Part shown: piece by piece, positions 56,805 to 64,000 of the stretch
Layout of the letters: every line of letters begins with the position of its first letter
Position numbering within the stretch: position 1 is the first letter of the stretch
Source: Candidatus Altarchaeum sp.
Lineage (GTDB): Archaea > Altiarchaeota > Altiarchaeia > Altiarchaeales > Altiarchaeaceae
Length of the DNA: 64,000 bases
Direction: 5' to 3'
Assembly: GCA_018260615.1 (NCBI GenBank)
Contig: JAGWDQ010000053.1
Coordinates: 1,286-65,285 of the forward strand
Notes under the pieces: generated by a model
What the model was told of the DNA's origin: nothing
Databases searched by the model: none
Seen by the model: only the letters and a program-made list of their open reading frames with translations
Position numbers and translations under genes: made by a program

Positions 56805-59516
56805 ATGACTGAAATATACGGGAGGTATGATTATCCTGCTGTTTTGGCCTTAATTTTTGCAGTAATATTTGGCTGTCTGAGTGCATCATCTGCGACAACA
56901 GAAAACGGACAACAAGAGCCATCATTCTATACATCGGACATTAAAAATATTCCGGATTTTGTTTTATCCCCGGAATATCCTGACTATGGCAGCGATGGCT
57001 GGCAAAGAAACACAACCGGAAACCAGAAAATTCTAGTAATTCCCGTAATGTTTTCAGATGTCAAAAATTCAACAACATTGAGCGATTTAAACAATACACT
57101 TAAAAATTTAACTGATTATTATTACAATGTTTCTTACGGGAAATTAAATTTAAGTTATGAGATAGTTGACCGGATTACATTGTCAAAGCCAATGGCTTTT
57201 TATGGTGCTGACGGCGGATTTGAAAATACAACATATAAGCGAATTGATAAACTGAATGTTATGTACAATCAATTTGCAAATGATACTATAAGAGCGGTTG
57301 ATTCAAAAATTAATTTCTCAAAATATGATCATGTAATCATACTTCATGCAGGCAATGATCAGGCAAATGATCCGGAATGCGGAGATTGTATCTGGTCAAT
57401 GCGACTTCCTTATGTGGGGGTTGAAACAAATGATAGTTGTATAACTTATTCAAACGGGGTTTTTTGTGACAATGTGGATTATGCAATAGTGGTTTCAGAA
57501 ACAGATACTTTTGGTGTTTATGCACATGAATTTGGCCATGAACTGGGACTTCCTGATTTGTATGATACAAATAACGGGAGCAGCGTTGTCGGTGCTTACG
57601 AACTGATGGATTCAGGAGCATGGTTTAACGCACATCCGGGAGCATTTAGTAAATCAAAATTAAATTTTGTTGATGAAATTGTGATTTATAATGAAACGAT
57701 AAATTTAACAGTTTTTCCCGCTGAAAATAAGGACACAATTGTTAAAATTTTAAGGGGAAGCCATGATTCATGGCAGTATTATCTTATTGAAATGCGAAAA
57801 AAGATCGGATATGATGCAAATCTTCCGATATCTTATCCTGATAATGCATTACTTGTATGGAAGATTGATGAAAGCTGGCCCGATAATAAAGTAAGCAGGC
57901 ATAAACCAATGGTTGAACTCCTTTTATTTAATGAAAGCGGAAATTTTCAAGATGAAGAAGGTGGAATTTTCATAAATTTCACCTTAAATTTAAATAATGT
58001 TACCTTATCGGTTTCCCAAATTCCGACAAATTTAAACATAACAAACAGGATTTTGGATAACGATATTGTAAAACCAGAGACATGCAAATCACTTGATATT
58101 TATGCTGGCTGGCCCGAAAATAATCCGCAAACATTTATATTTGCAGAGAATGAGACAGATTATTTCACATTGAACGATAAAAAAGTTATAGTGTGGGCAA
58201 AAATAATGGGAAATGTTAATGATACCTTTACTTTTGAATTTATAAACACTTCAAACGGGATCAATAAGTTTTATAAAAATATATCTGTAACCATAACAAA
58301 AAATATATCCCGCAACATTTATAACTACTGGAACTGGTTTATTGATACCTCTAATATAAGCTTTAAAATAAATTCTTCTGTAACTGAAAACTGGAGTGTA
58401 AAAATTTTAGTTGATGGTGTTTATACTAATCATTCGCTAAACCTGACAATTTCCGATAAGATGGATACAAAACCCCCGAAAGTAAATTTACTTCCGCCGC
58501 AAAATATAACCGAAAATACAGCACTGATTTTGTGGAATGCTTCTGACACAGGAATTAATGCATCCGGACTCAAAAAATACAAAATTTATTACTACGATGC
58601 AGATACTGTTTTTGGAATTTATAATTTGACACATACAATTGATAAAAAAGAAGAGGTAAATGAATTTATGAACAGGACATTTTACGGAACTCCGGGACAT
58701 ACTTATTGTTTTTGGGTTGAGGCGTATGACAGAGCGGGAAATTATGGCGTTTCAAATACGGAATGTGTAATATTGCTAACCGTATGTAATTGTTCAACCT
58801 GTGACGAATGTAATACTCAACTGAACAATGCAACATGCAACATAGTATATTTAAAGACAAACATAATAAATTATTCCGAAACCTGTATTAATTCGTTAAA
58901 TTTCAGCAATAAAATTTTTGACTGCCGGGAACACACAATAGACGGCGATGACAGCGGAGGGGACTATGGAATTTATCTAAATAACAATCAAAATAACACA
59001 ATAAGAAATTGTATAATCAGCGACTTTCATCGCGGAATTTATTTGGTGGATTCAAATAACAATAACCTAATTAACAACACACTAATTTCAAATACATGGA
59101 GCGGCAGTTGCCTGTGGAATTCAGATAATAATACATTTATAAGCAATCTCATAACTTCAAATGCGTGGGGAATTCGTTTTAGGTTGGATTCAAATTCAAA
59201 CAACCTGATACAAAATAGAATCTGTGGCAATCCAAGTAATGATGTGAATGATTTGGGTTCAAATCCTGCAGGTAGTAATAATACTTGTAATAACACGAAC
59301 GGATGGGGCGATAACAATATAACTCCGGGAACAACAGGATGTATGAACAAATGTGTAGTGGAAAAAGCAACTGATATCTTTGATGCGGTTGAAATGCTTG
59401 AATATTTAAGCGGAGAGAAAAATTTGAGCCGTGGAACAGATTATTACAATTTAAATAATGACAAAATAGTAAATTTACCTGATGTCCTTGCTTTAATTGC
59501 TCAAATTGTTACTTAA
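56805..59516 (+). CDS. secreted M6-like (immune inhibitor A-type) metalloprotease with beta-helix repeats and a dockerin-like tail
   Basis: N-terminal hydrophobic signal/anchor, HEFGHELGLPDLYD, parallel beta-helix repeats (IRNCIISDFHRGIYLVDSNNNNLINNTL...), C-terminal NLNNDKIVNLPDVLALI. Confidence 0.65.
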   Translation: MTEIYGRYDYPAVLALIFAVIFGCLSASSATTENGQQEPSFYTSDIKNIPDFVLSPEYPDYGSDGWQRNTTGNQKILVIPVMFSDVKNSTTLSDLNNTLKNLTDYYYNVSYGKLNLSYEIVDRITLSKPMAFYGADGGFENTTYKRIDKLNVMYNQFANDTIRAVDSKINFSKYDHVIILHAGNDQANDPECGDCIWSMRLPYVGVETNDSCITYSNGVFCDNVDYAIVVSETDTFGVYAHEFGHELGLPDLYDTNNGSSVVGAYELMDSGAWFNAHPGAFSKSKLNFVDEIVIYNETINLTVFPAENKDTIVKILRGSHDSWQYYLIEMRKKIGYDANLPISYPDNALLVWKIDESWPDNKVSRHKPMVELLLFNESGNFQDEEGGIFINFTLNLNNVTLSVSQIPTNLNITNRILDNDIVKPETCKSLDIYAGWPENNPQTFIFAENETDYFTLNDKKVIVWAKIMGNVNDTFTFEFINTSNGINKFYKNISVTITKNISRNIYNYWNWFIDTSNISFKINSSVTENWSVKILVDGVYTNHSLNLTISDKMDTKPPKVNLLPPQNITENTALILWNASDTGINASGLKKYKIYYYDADTVFGIYNLTHTIDKKEEVNEFMNRTFYGTPGHTYCFWVEAYDRAGNYGVSNTECVILLTVCNCSTCDECNTQLNNATCNIVYLKTNIINYSETCINSLNFSNKIFDCREHTIDGDDSGGDYGIYLNNNQNNTIRNCIISDFHRGIYLVDSNNNNLINNTLISNTWSGSCLWNSDNNTFISNLITSNAWGIRFRLDSNSNNLIQNRICGNPSNDVNDLGSNPAGSNNTCNNTNGWGDNNITPGTTGCMNKCVVEKATDIFDAVEMLEYLSGEKNLSRGTDYYNLNNDKIVNLPDVLALIAQIVT

Positions 59517-59581
59517 AAAACAGAAACTAAATTTTTGAGAAAATTTTAATTGATAATAAATTTTGATTAAAATTTAAAAGA

Positions 59582-59692
59582 ATGACTAACGATGCCTTAA
59601 ATGACGCAGTAGATGCCTTACAAAAAGGAAATTTTATAATAATTCACGATGCAGACAGCAGAGAAAACGAATGCTATCCGCCTTTTCTTTGA
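59582..59692 (+). pseudogene. orphan diverged copy of ribB codons 1-31 ending in repeat-derived sequence
   Basis: MTNDALNDAVDALQKGNFIIIHDADSRENEC|YPPFL* vs ribB MLNKAIKSLREGNFIIIHDADSRENEC; homology ends at 59674. Confidence 0.65.
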
Positions 59693-59750
59693 AAGAAAAT
59701 CACCTCACTTCGTTCGGAGATTTTCAAAATTTCATTTTGAAAATGCGGGC
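59675..59750. repeat. mosaic repeat module between the ribB 5' fragment and ribB
   Basis: atcacctcacttcgttcggagattttcaaaatttcattttgaaaatgcgg. Confidence 0.8.
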
Positions 59751-59786
59751 GAAAAGAATAAATTTAACCAATGAATAAATTTAAAA

Positions 59787-60458
59787 ATGCTCAATAAAGC
59801 CATAAAATCATTAAGGGAAGGAAATTTCATAATCATCCACGATGCCGACAGCAGAGAAAACGAATGCGATTTTGTAATTGCAGCGGAATTTATAAAGCCG
59901 GAACATGTAGCGAGAATGAGAACCGAAGGGGGAGGAATGATTTGCCTTGCTGTGTCAGGAGAAATTGCCGAAATGACAGGAATGCCTTTCTTTTCAGAGA
60001 TTCGTGATTTTGCATCTGAAAAATTTAAAGTGCTTGAAAAAATGACAGATAATGATTTGAAATATGATAAAAAGTCGGCGTTTTCAATAAATATAAATTT
60101 CAGGGGTGTATTTACAGGAATCAGTGACTTTGACAGGGCATTGACGATTAAAAAATTTGCGGATTTCGCAAGAAATTTAAAAGAGGAGAAAAACCAGAAT
60201 ATGAATGAATTTGCGAAAAATTTCAGAACTCCTGGGCATGTTCATTTACTGATTTCAAGGGGGATTGAAAACAGAGCGGGACATACGGAATTAGCAACGG
60301 AAATCTTGAAAATTGCCGGATTAACTCCTGTTGCGGCTATTTGTGAAATTTTAGACGGTGAGATATTTAAGGCAAAAAGCAAAGAGAAGGTGTTTGAGTA
60401 TGCGAATAGACATAACATTCCGGTTGTTGAAGGGAGGGAAATTTTGAAAAATTTATAA
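59787..60458 (+). CDS. ribB: 3,4-dihydroxy-2-butanone-4-phosphate synthase
   Basis: DSRENECDFVIAAE and RAGHTE motifs. Confidence 0.9.
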   Translation: MLNKAIKSLREGNFIIIHDADSRENECDFVIAAEFIKPEHVARMRTEGGGMICLAVSGEIAEMTGMPFFSEIRDFASEKFKVLEKMTDNDLKYDKKSAFSININFRGVFTGISDFDRALTIKKFADFARNLKEEKNQNMNEFAKNFRTPGHVHLLISRGIENRAGHTELATEILKIAGLTPVAAICEILDGEIFKAKSKEKVFEYANRHNIPVVEGREILKNL

Positions 60459-60484
60459 TTAATGAGGGGAAATTTATACTTAAA

Positions 60485-60838
60485 ATGAAAAAGAAAATTT
60501 TTTTGGTAATTTCATATACAAAAAAACAAAAGGTTGAGAATGCGATAAGAAAATTTTTTGGGGAAAAAGGATTTGAAGTTATAATAGGAAGAAATTGCCA
60601 ATCCGGACAACCTATTGATACGGAAATTGAAAGATTGATTAAAGAATCTTATTTCAGCGTGGTTGTTTATAATGAATTAAGGCACAATATTTCTTATGAA
60701 TGGGGCCTTATGGACGGATTGAGAAAAAAGTGTTTTCTACTAAAGGACGATAACATCCATCTTGATTTAGACAAAGAACTTTCTGATAAAAAACACAGGG
60801 TATTTACACCTTTTTGCGGCGAGGATAATGAAGAATAA
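60485..60838 (+). CDS. small TIR-like (DUF1863/MTH538-like) domain protein
   Basis: KIFLVISYTKK...G..V...G..ID.EI..LIKESYFSVVVYNE....SYEWG fits the TIR-like flavodoxin-fold pattern; 117 aa. Confidence 0.45.
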   Translation: MKKKIFLVISYTKKQKVENAIRKFFGEKGFEVIIGRNCQSGQPIDTEIERLIKESYFSVVVYNELRHNISYEWGLMDGLRKKCFLLKDDNIHLDLDKELSDKKHRVFTPFCGEDNEE

Positions 60839-60895
60839 ATTATAAATAGTTTGAAAAAAGATGAAGGATTAAATTCTGCAATAGAGAATAGACCA

Positions 60896-61111
60896 GTTGC
60901 GAAATAATTTTCAATCTATTGTTATTTTAAATTTATTTAAAATCTCCGAACAGAGTGAGGTGACAATATATTTACAACAATTATGAATTTTTTCCCTCAT
61001 TTTAAATTTATTTAAAATCTCCGAGCAACAGCGAGGTGATAAAAAAATAAATTTTAAGAGGGTTAATCTATTGTCATAGTATAAAATAGCTCATATAAAC
61101 TATTTCGCAAC
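60896..61111. mobile_element. 216-bp insertion bounded by an 11-bp inverted repeat, carrying two mosaic repeat modules
   Basis: gttgcgaaata (60896-60906) / tatttcgcaac (61101-61111); inside are two copies of ttttaaatttatttaaaatctccgaNc...gaggtga; contains both stop codons that interrupt the surrounding frame. Confidence 0.5.
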
Positions 61112-62056
61112 AACTCTAATGCAATATCCAACCAAATAAGTGAGACGCCATATGAAGATGTAACAAAAAATGCAGCAAATATATTAACAAAAACAGATAT
61201 TCCCATTGCAACTTTTGAAAAAGATATAAAAGTAGAAGATAAAGAAGTAAATAAAATAATAGATGTATTAAACGAGATTAAAAATTTAAGGGCTGAAGGT
61301 CATTTCTATAAAGCAAATGCTTATGTTTATGCTAAAAAATTTGACGACGCAGAGAAAGAATACAGAGAAGCAATAAAGATAAATCCGAATCTTGCTGATG
61401 CACATAATAATTTAGGAAATTTATTAAGTGATTTAAACCGCTACGAAGAAGCAGAGAAAGAATACAGAGAAGCAATACGGATAAATCCAAATTATGCTGA
61501 AGCACATTATAATTTAGGTGGCTCATTGCAAAATTTAAAACGCTATGTGGAAGCAGAGAAAGAACTTAGGGAAGCAATACGACTAAATCCAAATCTTGCG
61601 GAAGCACATAATAATTTAGGGTTTTTATTGTATAATTTAAACCACTACAAAGAAGCAGAGAAAGAATACAGAGAAGCAATAAAGCTCAATCCGAATCTTG
61701 CTGATGCACATAATAATTTAGGAATTTTATTAGTAAATTTAAAAAACTATGAAGAAGCAGAGAAAGAGTATAGGGAAGCAATACGCATAAATCCAAATTA
61801 TGCTTATGCACATAGTAATTTAGGAGCTTTATTGAAAAATTTAAAACGCTATGAAGAAGCAGAGAAAGAATATAGAGAAGCAATACGACTAAATCCAAAT
61901 TATGCAGAAGTCATTTATAATTTGGGAATGTTGTATATAATCACAGAAAGATTAAACGATGCCAAGAGAGAAATTTTAAAAGCAAAGGAATTATTTGAAA
62001 AACAAGGACGAAGTAATGAGGTTAAATATTGTAATGAAATTTTGAAGAATTTATAG
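61085..62056 (+). pseudogene. TPR-repeat protein lacking a start codon (5' interrupted); the ORF track reports only 61526..62056
   Basis: frame open from 61085 with no ATG/GTG/TTG before 61526; six 34-aa TPR units (AEKEYREAI.(I/L)NPN.A.AH.NLG). Confidence 0.6.
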
Positions 62057-62088
62057 ATAATTAATGTATAAAATTTAATTTATACAAA

Positions 62089-62706
62089 CTACAAAAATTT
62101 CAAAATTTCCCTTAAATCCTTGTTGCGAATTACCGCATCTGCATTTTCCACAACGCTGTCATGTTTCGGATTAAATGCAATACTGAATCCCGCCTTTTTA
62201 AACATAGGAATATCATTGATAAAGTCGCCTACTGCAATACATTCACTTAAATCAATATTTTCCGATTTTGCTATTTTCTCTAAAATTTCTCCTTTATTTT
62301 CAAAATTTACCTTCATATTGACATCAAAAATTTTTTCATCCTTAACTATTATTTCATTTGCATAACAGTGGCTGAAGGTGTATTTTTCAAAAATTTTATT
62401 TGCCATCTGTTTTATGCCGCCGCTTATAATTGCCAGCTTATAATTTTTACTTAAATTTTTAATTACTTCTATCCCTTTCATTACTTCAACTTTTTTACCT
62501 GCTTCAAAAATTTTGTTTGCATCAATTCCCTTCCATAATCCGATATCCCGCCTTACCCATTCATCAAAGGATATATTGCCAGAATAGTATTGCCTTCCGT
62601 TCTCTTCGGAAAATTTTTCCGTGCCTATAAATTTGTGCAGTTCCATCCAGCTTCCTTTTCCGTCAAGGAGGACGCCGTCAAGGTCAAATGCGATTAAATT
62701 TGCCAA
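62089..62706 (-). CDS. HAD-IB family hydrolase (phosphoserine phosphatase-like)
   Basis: motif I FDLDGVL, motif III GDFINDIPMFKKAGFSIAFNPK; TTG start. Confidence 0.75.
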   Translation of the reverse strand: MANLIAFDLDGVLLDGKGSWMELHKFIGTEKFSEENGRQYYSGNISFDEWVRRDIGLWKGIDANKIFEAGKKVEVMKGIEVIKNLSKNYKLAIISGGIKQMANKIFEKYTFSHCYANEIIVKDEKIFDVNMKVNFENKGEILEKIAKSENIDLSECIAVGDFINDIPMFKKAGFSIAFNPKHDSVVENADAVIRNKDLREILKFL

Positions 62707-62997
62707 TTTTAGAAAAATTTTAAGTTAAAAAATTTTAAGTTAGAAATTAAAAGCAATTTAAAATCTTTTTAATGTTTGCTTTTTTCTTTTTTCGGCGTAT
62801 TTTTTCTTTTTCTAAAAGAAAAAAGTGCGTCACAATGCGATTAAATTTGCCAATTTTAGAAAAATTTTAAGTTAAAAAATTTTAAGTTAGAAATTAAAAG
62901 CAATTTAAAATCTTTTTAATGTTTGCTTTTTTCTTTTTTCGGCGTATTTTTTCTTTTTCTAAAAGAAAAAAGTGCGTCACAATGCGATTAAATTTTT
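62688..62997. repeat. 147-bp perfect tandem repeat x2 plus a partial third copy, including the first 6 codons of the HAD gene
   Basis: unit starts at 62688, 62835 and 62982; units 1 and 2 identical by eye. Confidence 0.9.
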
Positions 62998-63069
62998 CAT
63001 TTCAAATTTAAAAGAATTAATTTAAAAGAATTAATTTTTAACATCTAATTTATTACATGAATTTATTAT

Positions 63070-63336
63070 GTGAGCTAGATTGGGTGGTCAGGCGTCACCT
63101 GTAACTCCAAACCGTCTAAAGGAGAATCGAAGTGCAGAAAAATAGATCTTTTGTTATCTGTGATCCGTAATTCAGACAATGAATTTTCGTCCTGCGAGGC
63201 AGTTTGTATGAGAATCTGGTCAGACCTTGATCGGAGCAGCCATAATCATGTGAATTGTGCTTGCAGGGTAGCGGGGAGGAGGAAGGTTGCGGGTAGTCAC
63301 TCTTAGCAAAAGGTTTAGATTCCTGCACGCGCTCAT
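63070..63336 (+). ncRNA. signal recognition particle RNA (7S RNA)
   Basis: Alu-domain-like GGGUGGUCAGGCGUCACCUGUAACUCCAAAC (compare 7SL GGUGGCGCGUGCCUGUAGUCCCAGC); S-domain-like GGUCAGACCUUGAUCGGAGCAGCC; termini tgagc/gctca pair; GC-richer than flanks; next to SRP54; ends approximate. Confidence 0.8.
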
Positions 63337-63362
63337 TTAAAATTACAGAAATTTAATTATGT

Positions 63363-63446
63363 GCGGGAGTTCCCAAGCGGTCAACGGGGGTAGGCTCAAG
63401 ACCTACCGTGTGAAAACCTTCGTGGGTTCGAATCCCCCCTCCCGCA
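63363..63446 (+). tRNA. tRNA-Leu (anticodon CAA)
   Basis: acceptor gcgggag/ctcccgc+a, anticodon stem gtagg/cctac with loop cuCAAga, long variable arm, T loop ttcgaat (one U-C mismatch in the T stem). Confidence 0.85.
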
Positions 63447-63516
63447 TCAAAATTTTAACAGCAGGACATTATTTTAAATTTTTCAGTCATAAATATTTTT
63501 CAGTCATAAATTTAAG

Positions 63517-64000
63517 GTGTTTGATAAACTAAGCGACGGATTAAGGAATGCAATTACATCATTAAGAAAGGCAGTTGTTGTAGATAAGAAAGTTATAAAG
63601 GAATTTATAAAAGAAGTTCAAAAAGCTCTGATTTCATCAGATGTGAATGTAAATTTAGTGCTTGAAATTTCAAAGAGAATAGAAGACAGAGGACTACTTG
63701 AAAAACCGCCCGGACTTTTAGACAGAAAAGAGCATATAATTAAAATAACTTATGATGAATTAACATCCCTGCTTGGAAAAGGAGAAAAAATAAATTTAAA
63801 GAAAGGTGATAAAATTTTGCTTGTCGGAATTCAGGGAAGCGGAAAGACCACAACAGCAGCAAAGCTGGCAAGATATTATAACAAAAAGGGATTTAAGGTT
63901 GGACTTATATGTGCAGATACATTCAGGGCGGGAGCTTACACACAATTGATGCAATTAGCAGAAGAAATAAAGGCACCTTTCTACGGGGACCGGAATGAAA
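63517..64000 (+). CDS. srp54: signal recognition particle protein SRP54 (5' partial, runs off the window)
   Basis: GTG start; (M)[13 protein letters not shown]-domain and [16 protein letters not shown]-loop. Confidence 0.9.
   Translation, partial: MFDKLSDGLRNAITSLRKAVVVDKKVIKEFIKEVQKALISSDVNVNLVLEISKRIEDRGLLEKPPGLLDRKEHIIKITYDELTSLLGKGEKINLKKGDKILLVGIQGSGKTTTAAKLARYYNKKGFKVGLICADTFRAGAYTQLMQLAEEIKAPFYGDRNE

Noticed and set aside
63116-63328. 70-aa minus-strand ORF
   Set aside because: It lies entirely within the SRP RNA gene, and its relatively GC-rich composition is explained by the structured RNA.
1-64000. Borg-like or other giant extrachromosomal element, suggested by the many perfect tandem repeats
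   Set aside because: The window carries core single-copy cellular genes (rpl30-rpl15-secY, SRP RNA/SRP54, PAN, aIF-2 beta, aaRS genes) on mixed strands. This is consistent with a host chromosome.

Overview
Strongly AT-rich archaeal chromosomal segment. Archaeal markers: rpl30-rpl15-secY cluster, aIF-2 beta, PAN, a C/D box sRNA, a 7S SRP RNA next to SRP54, type-2 IDI, PdaD and deoxyhypusine synthase. I call about 55 protein genes on both strands, 2 tRNAs (Ser-UGA, Leu-CAA), 1 SRP RNA and 1 C/D sRNA. Housekeeping genes include acs, pyrI, dapA, lysC, leuS, pheS, ribB, coaB and a PPAT-like gene. Accessory content is interleaved with them: HicAB and HepT/MNT toxin-antitoxin pairs, a type IIG RM enzyme, a type II MTase with a split REase, a decayed IS element, a 124-bp MITE in two near-identical copies, a GxxExxY protein and an ORF6N protein. 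Four things stand out. (1) A 1588-aa XPD - RQC/HRDC - RecQ - ComF(PRTase) fusion ORF is translationally coupled to a DprA gene and followed by a divergent FtsZ/tubulin-like GTPase; the 7-kb block is bracketed by two copies of one hairpin repeat. (2) A mosaic family of hairpin-forming repeat modules occupies at least 13 intergenic loci, supplies the 3' end of one gene and interrupts another. (3) Promoter-plus-first-codon segments are duplicated upstream of leuS, ribB and a HAD hydrolase gene. (4) Several promoter regions carry perfect tandem repeats (52 bp x4, 147 bp x2, 35 bp x3). All functional calls rest on motifs read by eye from the supplied translations; no database search was possible.
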